Source: a virus. Taken from it: a DNA stretch of 64,000 nt. Made by a program: the position numbers and the translations under genes. How positions within the stretch are numbered: position 1 is the first letter of the stretch; each line of letters opens with the position of its first letter. The notes under the pieces are model-generated. The model was not told the origin of the DNA and did not search any database. It saw nothing but the letters and a program-made list of their open reading frames with translations. Below are positions 28,284 through 37,152 of this stretch, in pieces. The stretch is taken from positions 27,071 to 91,070 of IMG/VR virus record IMGVR_UViG_3300032291_002681. The stretch is one strand, 5' to 3'.

Positions 28284-30065
28284 ATGAAAAATTACGGAGA
28301 AGAAAATGGATGGGAAGTAGATGTTGATTTTCCATCTTGGGGTAATAATGAGATATATGTAAAAACTATATCCAAAACATATTTGCAAGCAGGAGAAAAA
28401 CCAAAAGATGCATATTGGAGAGTTGCTACGGCAGTTGCTAAAAGGTTGGAGAAACCACAATTGGCAACAAAGTTCTTTGATTACATTTGGAAAGGATGGT
28501 TGTGTTTAGCAACACCAGTATTATCAAATACAGGTACCGATAGAGGTTTACCAATTTCTTGTTTTGGTATTGATGTGGGCGATAGTATCTATGAGATTGG
28601 TTCTAAGAATTTAGAACTAATGTTGTTAGCAAAACATGGTGGTGGTGTTGGTATTGGTATCAATATGATTAGACCTGCGGGTTCTAAAATTACCGGCAAT
28701 GGTACATCTGATGGTATTGTACCATTTGCAAAGATATACGATTCTACGATACTTGCAACGAATCAGGGAAGTGTTCGTAGAGGAGCAGCATCGGTAAACA
28801 TTAAAATCGAACATAAAGATTTTGAAGATTTTTTAGAGATTAGAGAACCTAAAGGTGATGTGAATAGACAATCACTTAACTTACATCAATGTGTTGTAGT
28901 TAGTGATAGATTTATGAAGAAGCTAGAAGAAGGCGATTCTGAGGCTAGAAGAAAGTGGAGTAAGTTACTTCAGAAACGTAAAGCAACAGGCGAACCTTAT
29001 ATTATGTATAAGGGTAATGTAAACAAACAAAATCCTGAAATGTATAAGAAGAACGGATTAAAAGTTCACATGACTAATATTTGTTCTGAAATCGTTTTGC
29101 ATACCGATGAACAACATTCATTTGTTTGTTGCTTAAGTTCTCTAAACTTAGCAAAGTACGATGAGTGGAAAGATACGGATTTAGTTTATACATCTACTAT
29201 TTTCTTAGATGGTGTACTAGAAGAATTCTTACAAAGAGCTAAGAATATGAAAGGATTTGAGAATTCAGTTCGTTCAGCAGAAAGAGGTAGAGCATTAGGT
29301 TTAGGTGTATTGGGATGGCATACTTATTTACAACAAAAAGGATTACCATTTGAAGGATTACAAGCTCAATTTGAAACCCGTAAGATTTTCTCTCAATTAA
29401 AGATTGAATCTGAAAGAGCGAGTAGATGGTTAGCAACTGAATATGGTGAACCTCTGTGGTGTAAAGAAAGTGGATTTAGAAATACACACTTGAGAGCAGT
29501 AGCACCTACGGTATCAAACTCTAAGTTAAGTGGTAACGTAAGTAGTGGTATTGAACCTTGGGCAGCTAATGTATTTACCGAACAAACATCAAAAGGAACT
29601 TTTATTAGAAAAAATCCTGAATTAAAAAAGGTGTTAAAGAAAATTGGATTTGATACAAAAGAAACTTGGGATAAGATTTTAGCAGATGGTGGTTCGGTAC
29701 AAGATTTACACTTCTTAGATGAGTGGTGTTTCTTAGATGGTAAATTAGTTGAGTGTAACGAAGTGACTGAAGAATCACACAAAGGTAGATGTAATTCAGT
29801 TAAAGATGTATTTAAAACATTTAAGGAAATCAACCAATTAGATTTAGTAAGACAAGCTGGTGTAAGACAACAATACATTGACCAGGCAGTTTCTCTAAAC
29901 TTAGCATTCCCTGCAACCGCAGAGCCAAAGTGGATTAATCAAATTCACATGGAAGCTTGGAAGCAAGGTGTTAAAACACTTTACTATATGAGAACTGAAT
30001 CAGTATTGAGAGGTGATATAGCAGCAAAGGCAATGGATGAAACTTGTGTAAGTTGTGAAGGATAA
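28284..30065 (+). CDS. nrdA: Ribonucleotide reductase class I alpha subunit (no ATP cone)
   Basis: ATPVLSN, ISCF, GGGVG, RRGA, TNICSEI, CCLSS, APT, KTLYY and a C-terminal CxxC. Confidence 0.95.
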   Translation: MKNYGEENGWEVDVDFPSWGNNEIYVKTISKTYLQAGEKPKDAYWRVATAVAKRLEKPQLATKFFDYIWKGWLCLATPVLSNTGTDRGLPISCFGIDVGDSIYEIGSKNLELMLLAKHGGGVGIGINMIRPAGSKITGNGTSDGIVPFAKIYDSTILATNQGSVRRGAASVNIKIEHKDFEDFLEIREPKGDVNRQSLNLHQCVVVSDRFMKKLEEGDSEARRKWSKLLQKRKATGEPYIMYKGNVNKQNPEMYKKNGLKVHMTNICSEIVLHTDEQHSFVCCLSSLNLAKYDEWKDTDLVYTSTIFLDGVLEEFLQRAKNMKGFENSVRSAERGRALGLGVLGWHTYLQQKGLPFEGLQAQFETRKIFSQLKIESERASRWLATEYGEPLWCKESGFRNTHLRAVAPTVSNSKLSGNVSSGIEPWAANVFTEQTSKGTFIRKNPELKKVLKKIGFDTKETWDKILADGGSVQDLHFLDEWCFLDGKLVECNEVTEESHKGRCNSVKDVFKTFKEINQLDLVRQAGVRQQYIDQAVSLNLAFPATAEPKWINQIHMEAWKQGVKTLYYMRTESVLRGDIAAKAMDETCVSCEG

Positions 30066-30085
30066 ACAATTAAAATAAAAACAAG

Positions 30086-30349
30086 ATGTTAGAAGTTAAA
30101 AGATTTTCGGCAGTATGGTGTGGACCGTGTAGAGCATTAGCACCTGTAATGGAAGGTATTAAAAATGAATATACCAATGTGGTATTTGAAACTATTGATG
30201 TGGATGTAGACCACGAACAAGCATCTCAATTCGGGATACGTTCAGTACCAACTGTTGTATTTGTAAAAGATGGGGTTGAAGTTAATAGATTAGTGGGAGT
30301 AAATTCAAAATTAGCTTATGTTAATTCAATAAATGAGCATTTAAAATAA
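30086..30349 (+). CDS. trxA: Thioredoxin
   Basis: WCGPC and cis-Pro SVPT. Confidence 0.95.
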   Translation: MLEVKRFSAVWCGPCRALAPVMEGIKNEYTNVVFETIDVDVDHEQASQFGIRSVPTVVFVKDGVEVNRLVGVNSKLAYVNSINEHLK

Positions 30350-30380
30350 TTGGTAATATCAAAAAGTTTTCGTAAATTTG
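30349..30380 (+). promoter_or_regulatory. Bacteroidota-type promoter for the asnB-like operon
   Basis: ATTG-N20-TAAATTTG, with the ATG 4 nt downstream. Confidence 0.65.
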
Positions 30381-30384
30381 TTAT

Positions 30385-31842
30385 ATGTGTGGAATCATAG
30401 GCGGTAATTGGTTTAGTTCGGAAGAACAAACTCATACCCATTTAAATAAAATAATTCATAGGGGTAGAGATGCTTCCGAAGTGGATGTTGTAGATACTTT
30501 CTACATTGGACATAATCGTCTTTCAATACAAGACCTGTCATCAACTGCAAATCAACCAATGTGGAATGATGACAGGACAGTTTGTATTGTGTATAATGGT
30601 GAGCTATGGGAGAGTTCTCATACCGAAGAACTAAAAAATAGTATCAAAACACCATTCAAAACGAAATCAGATACCGAAATAATCTTAAATGCATATTTGG
30701 ATTATGGAACTGAATCATTCAAAGATTTGGATGGTATGTTTTCGTTTGCAATAGTTGATAGTAAACTTAATAAAGTATTTGTTGTTAGAGATTATGTAGG
30801 AGAATTACCTTTGTGGTATGCAATTGATAATGATAATAAATTAGTATTTTGTTCAGAAAAGAAAGGATTGCCTATTTCAGATTTATATGAGAAGCAAGTA
30901 AAGGCAATATATCCAGGTACATTTTTAGAATACAATTACAAAACATTAGAACATACGATTAAAACATATTACAAACTTCCAACTGAAATAATAAACGATG
31001 ATAGAGAAACTATCGTTAAGAATATTAGAACAATGATGGAAGAAGCTGTAAAAGTTAAAATGGTATCGGATGTTCCTATTTGTACAATTTTAAGTGGTGG
31101 TATCGATTCGGTTATTACAACATACATACTTTCAAAAATCAAACCAGATATCCAAGCATTCGTTGTATCAATGGGTGATGGTGATACTAAAAATGATGAT
31201 ATAAAGTATGCAAGAATTGCAGCTAAAGAATTTGGTGTAACACTACATGAAATTATTTTAACCGAACAAGATGTTGAAGATGCTATCAATGAAACTCTCT
31301 ATGTGATTGAACAAAGTAGATGGCAAAATGTTGGTAGTGCAATTGCACAAATAGCATTATCTAAAAAGATAAATGAGCTAGGATTCAAAGTTGTATTTAG
31401 TGGTGACCTATCTGATGAAATTTGGGGGAGTTATGGACATATTCAAGCGTTTCATTGGAGACCTGAAGATTATGATAAGGCTAGAAGAAAATTGGTAGAG
31501 GATGTGCATAAAACGAACTTTTTAACAACAAATCAATCTATTATGTGGGGTGGAACCGTTGAGGTAAGAACTCCATATAGTTGGAGACCGTTTGTAGAAT
31601 ACACATTAAATATTCCACCATTATATCAGAAAGAAGGTGGGCACATGAAACCTCTATTAAGAGCTGCATTCAAAGGGGAGATTTCAGACGAACTATTATA
31701 TAGACCAAAAGTTTACTTTGCAAAAGGATGTAGAACCGGTGATATGATGGAAGCCAAAAAAAATATTTTGAAATCTCAATTAAAATCACTATATTTGTAT
31801 AAAGACGAAATAAACTTAAATAAATTCTTTCAATATGCTTAA
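30385..31842 (+). CDS. Asparagine synthetase B-like glutamine amidotransferase
   Basis: N-terminal MCGI (Ntn Cys), HRG, HNRLSI.D, NGE, SDTE, PP-loop LSGGIDS, SGD.SDE, EVRTPY. Confidence 0.9.
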   Translation: MCGIIGGNWFSSEEQTHTHLNKIIHRGRDASEVDVVDTFYIGHNRLSIQDLSSTANQPMWNDDRTVCIVYNGELWESSHTEELKNSIKTPFKTKSDTEIILNAYLDYGTESFKDLDGMFSFAIVDSKLNKVFVVRDYVGELPLWYAIDNDNKLVFCSEKKGLPISDLYEKQVKAIYPGTFLEYNYKTLEHTIKTYYKLPTEIINDDRETIVKNIRTMMEEAVKVKMVSDVPICTILSGGIDSVITTYILSKIKPDIQAFVVSMGDGDTKNDDIKYARIAAKEFGVTLHEIILTEQDVEDAINETLYVIEQSRWQNVGSAIAQIALSKKINELGFKVVFSGDLSDEIWGSYGHIQAFHWRPEDYDKARRKLVEDVHKTNFLTTNQSIMWGGTVEVRTPYSWRPFVEYTLNIPPLYQKEGGHMKPLLRAAFKGEISDELLYRPKVYFAKGCRTGDMMEAKKNILKSQLKSLYLYKDEINLNKFFQYA

Positions 31843-32356
31843 TTTTGTAAAAGCCGAAAAAGGTACATCCGAAATGATAGAAGCCGTTAATCAAGCTTCA
31901 ACCATCATTGATTTGTATCCTGAAATATTTCCACACTTATATAAACAAGGATTTAAGTTGGAAAAGTATATTGAAAAAGGTGGTATGATACTTCAGGATG
32001 GAGTTGTTATTACTTTTGGAAAATATAAATCTCATGGTAGAATGAGTAAAAACGCTACCACTTATAAAAAGAAAGGTGATTACATTTTACATCAAATTGC
32101 AACTAATCATTCCAAATCAAACGCATCGATAGAAGTTTTGAATAAGTTTGTAGAATATTGTAAAGAACAACATGCAGAAAACTTATTCTTAACTGTTAGA
32201 GCATTCAATTATAGAGCAGTACTTTTCTATGAAAGATATGGATTCGTAAAAGATAGTGATATAACTTGGACTAGTAAAAAAGATGGAGTTATAAATGGGA
32301 TTGTGTTTAGATTAAGATTGGTTGCAAATAAAAATATAGAAACAGTATGTATTTAG
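31835..32356 (+). CDS. GNAT-family acetyltransferase
   Basis: LHQIA...LTVRAFNYRAVLFYERYGF GNAT motif B. Overlaps both neighbours. Confidence 0.8.
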   Translation: MLNFVKAEKGTSEMIEAVNQASTIIDLYPEIFPHLYKQGFKLEKYIEKGGMILQDGVVITFGKYKSHGRMSKNATTYKKKGDYILHQIATNHSKSNASIEVLNKFVEYCKEQHAENLFLTVRAFNYRAVLFYERYGFVKDSDITWTSKKDGVINGIVFRLRLVANKNIETVCI

Positions 32357-33576
32357 AATATTTTGATAAATTCAAAGGAATGACTCCGTATCTTCACATA
32401 AATTCCGAAGAATGGAAACACATCAAACTTACATTTGATGTTAATGATGTTAAAGAATCATTAGCAGAGGTAAGTATGACTTATGAGTTACCATACGCGG
32501 ATATTAGCGAAGATGATGCAAGAAAAGAATATCTTGCACTTAAAGGCATTCGTTGGAATGAATTATTTACTGAAGGAGAATGGTTTCCGAGAAAAGCATC
32601 CGATTTCAGATATAGTTTAGATTTTCAAGGTAAACCACAATACATTCGTAGATTAAATACGGGTAACGATGCATCGAATCATTTCCAACAATCAAATCGT
32701 TGGAGTGTAGACGGTACCGTTTCACCTGGACCAAAAAGAACTTGGGCAAGTAAAGAGTTTATGACAACTCTGATGGGAGGATTATATACTCTTAAATTTG
32801 ATGAAGTTGGTAGAAACCAACTAAGAGTGTGTTTGAGTTTAAGAAAATATATTTGTTCACAATTTAAACCAAATGCTGCAAAAGTATTATACGATTTTTA
32901 TGAAGCTAAAAACGTATTAGACATATCAGCGGGATGGGGTGATAGATTGTGTGGATTCTTTGCATCTGAATTCGGAGAACATTATGTAGGCATTGACCCT
33001 AGAAAAGAAAATCATCCAATCTACAATCAACAGGCTGAATTTTATACTAAACACAATTCATTCTTTGAAACTGAAAAGAAAGCGGATTTTATAGAATCAC
33101 CTGCCGAAGATGCGGATTTAACTCAATATAAAGACCACTTTGATATAGTATTTAGTTCACCTCCGTATTTCAATGTAGAACGATATTCATACGATGATAC
33201 TCAAAGTTGGGTAAGATACAAAAATATAGATGCATGGAATAAAGAATTCTTGCATAAAACAATTGCAAATGTATGGCCTACTTTGAAGAAAGGCGGTATA
33301 TTGGCAGTTAATATTGCAGATGTATATGCATCATCGAAAGGTGATGGTAAAGGCTATAAGGAAATTTGTAATCCAATGAATGATTTCATTCAAACATTAG
33401 GTGCAGAATACGAAGGGTGCTTGGGAATGGAAATGGCGAAAAGACCTGGTAGTGCTGGTGCAGCTTCTATTATAGAAGGGGATGAGGAAAGGTATAGTGA
33501 AGAAGCGTTAAAAAAGGCAGAAGAAGCGGGTGATAAAACATTTTGTGAACCTATCTGGATATGGAAGAAGTTATGA
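32347..33576 (+). CDS. SAM-dependent amino-DNA methyltransferase-like protein 1
   Basis: Motif I DISAGWGDRL, GIDP, catalytic FSSPPYF. Confidence 0.8.
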   Translation: MYLEYFDKFKGMTPYLHINSEEWKHIKLTFDVNDVKESLAEVSMTYELPYADISEDDARKEYLALKGIRWNELFTEGEWFPRKASDFRYSLDFQGKPQYIRRLNTGNDASNHFQQSNRWSVDGTVSPGPKRTWASKEFMTTLMGGLYTLKFDEVGRNQLRVCLSLRKYICSQFKPNAAKVLYDFYEAKNVLDISAGWGDRLCGFFASEFGEHYVGIDPRKENHPIYNQQAEFYTKHNSFFETEKKADFIESPAEDADLTQYKDHFDIVFSSPPYFNVERYSYDDTQSWVRYKNIDAWNKEFLHKTIANVWPTLKKGGILAVNIADVYASSKGDGKGYKEICNPMNDFIQTLGAEYEGCLGMEMAKRPGSAGAASIIEGDEERYSEEALKKAEEAGDKTFCEPIWIWKKL

Positions 33577-34787
33577 TAAAAGAATATTTTAAAAAGTTTT
33601 ATGGAATGGAACCGTATCTTCGTATTGAAAAAGACGAATGGCAGACTATTCTTAAAACTTATACAAAAGAAGAAATCATAGATGAACTTTCAGAAGTATT
33701 ACACACATACCCACCACCAATTCCGAATATTACGGAAGAAGATACTTTAGATGCTTATAAAAAACTAAAAGGTACTTGGTGGCCAGATATTTTGGTAGAA
33801 GGTAAATGGTTTCCACGCAATGAACGAGTATCGAAATATCCATTAACTTACGATGGTTCTGAATTTTATTTTAGAAGAACTAATGTAGGTAATAATGCAT
33901 CCAACCCATTTCACATAGAAAATCGTTGGAAGGTTGATTGGGTGAGAACGCCATCGGGTTGGAAAACTTGGCAAACGGTAGATGGTATTAAAACGATTGT
34001 GAGAGCATATTTTACTTTGGATAAAATGTTGTTAGATGTGAATTTGGAAACTTTGAAAATGGCAACAACATTAAGAAAGTATGTAGCATCACAATTTAAA
34101 CCTGTTATAGCAAAAGCATTCTATGATAAATTTCAGAGTGTTAATGTTATGGATTTTTCAGCAGGATGGGGTGACCGATTGGCTGGATTTTTTGCAGGAG
34201 AAACAACAAAATTTTATTTAGGTATAGACCCAAATAGTAGTAATCATCCTAACTACCAAAAACAAATTGAATTCTATAAAAAACATACAACATTTTTTGA
34301 AGAAGATAAAGATGCAAAAATGTTAGAAGCGGCAGCGGAAGATGTAGATTATTCGGAGTATGAAAACTTCTTTGATACAATCTTTACTTCACCGCCATAT
34401 TTTAATACCGAAAGATATAGCTTTGATGATACTCAAAGTTGGATTAGGTATAAAAAGTTTGATGATTGGAACAAAGGGTTCTTTCATACAACTTTGGAAA
34501 AAATTATACCTACACTTAAAAAGGATGGTATATTGGCAATCAATATTGCGGATGTATTTTCTGCACCTGATAAGGGGTATGTAGATATAGTCAATTCTAT
34601 GAACGATTTCCTCCATTCTAAGGGGTTATCTTATAAAGGGTGTATTGGTATGGAAATGACAAAAAGACCCAACAGCGGAGGTGCTGGGATGGCGGTATCG
34701 GAGTATTATTCCGATGAATTGAAAGAAAAGGCGGAAGAAACGAAAAATCACGCATTTGGAGAACCAATTTGGATTTGGCAAAAATAA
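33573..34787 (+). CDS. SAM-dependent amino-DNA methyltransferase-like protein 2 (paralog of 1)
   Basis: DFSAGWGDRL, GIDP, FTSPPYF. ATGA overlap with the upstream gene. Confidence 0.8.
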   Translation: MIKEYFKKFYGMEPYLRIEKDEWQTILKTYTKEEIIDELSEVLHTYPPPIPNITEEDTLDAYKKLKGTWWPDILVEGKWFPRNERVSKYPLTYDGSEFYFRRTNVGNNASNPFHIENRWKVDWVRTPSGWKTWQTVDGIKTIVRAYFTLDKMLLDVNLETLKMATTLRKYVASQFKPVIAKAFYDKFQSVNVMDFSAGWGDRLAGFFAGETTKFYLGIDPNSSNHPNYQKQIEFYKKHTTFFEEDKDAKMLEAAAEDVDYSEYENFFDTIFTSPPYFNTERYSFDDTQSWIRYKKFDDWNKGFFHTTLEKIIPTLKKDGILAINIADVFSAPDKGYVDIVNSMNDFLHSKGLSYKGCIGMEMTKRPNSGGAGMAVSEYYSDELKEKAEETKNHAFGEPIWIWQK

Positions 34788-34788
34788 A

Positions 34789-34820
34789 TTTGGTTTATTC
34801 AATAAAAAATCGTATATTTG
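34789..34820 (+). promoter_or_regulatory. Bacteroidota-type promoter
   Basis: TTTG-N20-TATATTTG. Confidence 0.78.
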
Positions 34821-34853
34821 TATTCACAATTTAAAATTTAAACATAAACAAAC

Positions 34854-35573
34854 ATGAACAAAGCAAAACTTACAAGGTTCATCCAAAAGTACAGTTTGGG
34901 TGGGTTAGTAGAATCGGTAACATTGAAAGCAGGAGATAACAAATTAGTTACTCGTTTTATTTCAGATGACAAGACTGTATTAGGTGAAATTGAATTAGAA
35001 AAATTCACATTTAATTCTCCTGATTTAGGAGTGTACACAACATCTCAATTATCAAAACTACTTTCAGTAGTTGGTGAAGATATTGAATTGGATGTGCAAG
35101 AAATCGAAGGTAAAGCGGTAAACCTTTTCATTAAGAGTGGTTCTACCAAAGTTCAATATCCATTGGCAGATTTGGCAGTTATTCCAAATGTACCGGATTT
35201 AAAAAAACTTCCAGAATTTGATATTGATATCAATTTCGATGGTGCGTTTATTGACAAATTTATCAAAGCTAAAAACGCGTTGAGTGATGTAGATACTTTT
35301 ACTGTGTTAAGTGAAAAAGGACAATTAAAAATTGTACTAGGATATTCAAATATTAATTCAACTAGAGTTGATTTTGTAGTAAATGAATCACATAGTGGTG
35401 ATGTAAAACCAATTTCATTCTCTGCTAAGTATTTGAAAGAAATCTTAACCGCAAATAAAGAAGCAACTGCAGTTGTACTTAAAGTATCAACACAAGGTAT
35501 TTCGCATGTTGAATTCAAAATTGATGATTTTACAGCAAAATACTTCTTAGTAGAACAACAATTATCAGCATAA
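34854..35573 (+). CDS. DNA polymerase sliding clamp (T4 gp45/PCNA-like)
   Basis: 239 aa, two-domain beta/alpha pattern, FSAKYL...ISHVEF...KYFLV end. Near PolB and the clamp loader. Confidence 0.8.
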   Translation: MNKAKLTRFIQKYSLGGLVESVTLKAGDNKLVTRFISDDKTVLGEIELEKFTFNSPDLGVYTTSQLSKLLSVVGEDIELDVQEIEGKAVNLFIKSGSTKVQYPLADLAVIPNVPDLKKLPEFDIDINFDGAFIDKFIKAKNALSDVDTFTVLSEKGQLKIVLGYSNINSTRVDFVVNESHSGDVKPISFSAKYLKEILTANKEATAVVLKVSTQGISHVEFKIDDFTAKYFLVEQQLSA

Positions 35574-37144
35574 TGAGTTTTAACTATAAGAAAAAATATT
35601 TCTATGAAAAGAATGACTGGTTGTACGAACCGGAAGTAAACTTATTATACGAAGATGTTCTCAAAATGCCATTCGCTGATTTTGAAAAGTGGGTGGCATT
35701 TTTCAGAGAACTTGCAGTAAGAGTTTGGAATGAAACTGGCGCACCACCTCGTATCGGAGTAGACGAAGGCGAGATGATTGAGCAGTTTTCTAAACTACAA
35801 ACTTACAAAGTAGAAAGGTTTGAAGAAAAAGATGACGATGGAAATGAAGTTATTTTTAATTTTAATAAGTTTGCAACACCAGTAAATCAATTCTTTCCTG
35901 CAATGTATAAGACTGGAATTGGTGGTTCGGCATACGATAAACCAAAACCATCTATATACGATGTATTTGCAGATGATACCTATTTGCCAGAATTTGTCAA
36001 ACAAATGAGAAGATTGACAAGACAAGATGGTATGTATCGTTTTTCCAAAACCTTACATTTGGATAATCCAGAATTCCATAACTCGCACATTCAAAGTGGT
36101 AAGGAGTGGATTGAAAAATGGGCAGCTGGTAATAAAAAAGAAGGGTATGGGTTTTGTTTATCACAAGCGGATAGCAAAGTTCCATCACCACCAATTACCG
36201 CACAAGAAGTTAGGGACCTGTATAATGCCGGTATATTAAAGTATGAAAACATATCTTCATTAAAAACTGCCGATTGGGGTGAGAATATTGATAATTTAAT
36301 TGATGTTCCAAAACAACCAATTCAGATTAAAATATATCCATTAGGACAGAGAATATTTCCTGAAGCAACTGCAGCATTTCGTATTGGTATGGGTACACAA
36401 GCGGTTGTAAACTTTCCACCACTTACTGCGAAGTATCTTTACAAAAGATTTACTGACCATATCAAAGAGCAAGATGTGATAAACATTTATGACCCATCTG
36501 CGGGTTGGGGCGGTAGAATATTAGGAGCATTGAGTCTTGATGATAGAAATGTTCATTACATAGGAAATGACCCTAATACTGAAAACTACATTGAAGAAAT
36601 TGGAAAAACTCGTTACGAATATCTTGCCGAATTCTTTAACAATAAAGTACCTGGTGCGGCAAATCCTTTTTGGGGACACGCTAATACCTACGAAATATTT
36701 ACAACGGGTTCAGAAGTTATTTCAGATGATGAAAGATTCCAAAAATATAAGGGTAAATTAGATTTCGCATTTACTTCACCACCGTATTTTGATAGAGAAA
36801 GATATTCGGATGATGATACACAATCGTTTAAGAAATTCGGAAACTATGAAAGTTGGAGAGATGGGTTCTTAAGACCAACACTAACAACAATTTATGAATA
36901 TCTTCGTAATGATAGATATGTTTGTTGGAATATCGCTGATATTAAAGTTGGACCTGATAAATTCTATCCATTAGAACAGGATAGTATTGATATACTTACC
37001 CAATTAGGATGTGAGTATAAAGGCAAATTAAGAATGACAATGAGTCCAATGACCGGAATGGATTTATCCAAAGCGAAAAATTGTATGCAGATTGAAGGAC
37101 AATTTTACAAATACGAACCAATTTTTATATTTTATAAACCATAA
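35573..37144 (+). CDS. SAM-dependent amino-DNA methyltransferase-like protein 3
   Basis: DPSAGWGGRI, GNDP, FTSPPYF. TAATG overlap with the clamp gene. Confidence 0.8.
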   Translation: MSFNYKKKYFYEKNDWLYEPEVNLLYEDVLKMPFADFEKWVAFFRELAVRVWNETGAPPRIGVDEGEMIEQFSKLQTYKVERFEEKDDDGNEVIFNFNKFATPVNQFFPAMYKTGIGGSAYDKPKPSIYDVFADDTYLPEFVKQMRRLTRQDGMYRFSKTLHLDNPEFHNSHIQSGKEWIEKWAAGNKKEGYGFCLSQADSKVPSPPITAQEVRDLYNAGILKYENISSLKTADWGENIDNLIDVPKQPIQIKIYPLGQRIFPEATAAFRIGMGTQAVVNFPPLTAKYLYKRFTDHIKEQDVINIYDPSAGWGGRILGALSLDDRNVHYIGNDPNTENYIEEIGKTRYEYLAEFFNNKVPGAANPFWGHANTYEIFTTGSEVISDDERFQKYKGKLDFAFTSPPYFDRERYSDDDTQSFKKFGNYESWRDGFLRPTLTTIYEYLRNDRYVCWNIADIKVGPDKFYPLEQDSIDILTQLGCEYKGKLRMTMSPMTGMDLSKAKNCMQIEGQFYKYEPIFIFYKP

Positions 37145-37152
37145 CATAATAG

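Noticed and set aside
30385-31842. QueC / 7-deazaguanine or PurZ (2-aminoadenine) pathway
   Set aside because: The PP-loop is fused to an Ntn glutaminase in AsnB architecture; no folE, queD, queE, dpdA or purZ is recognisable in the window.
32347-37144. Restriction-modification system
   Set aside because: No adjacent restriction endonuclease or specificity subunit; the MTases are orphan and replisome-linked.
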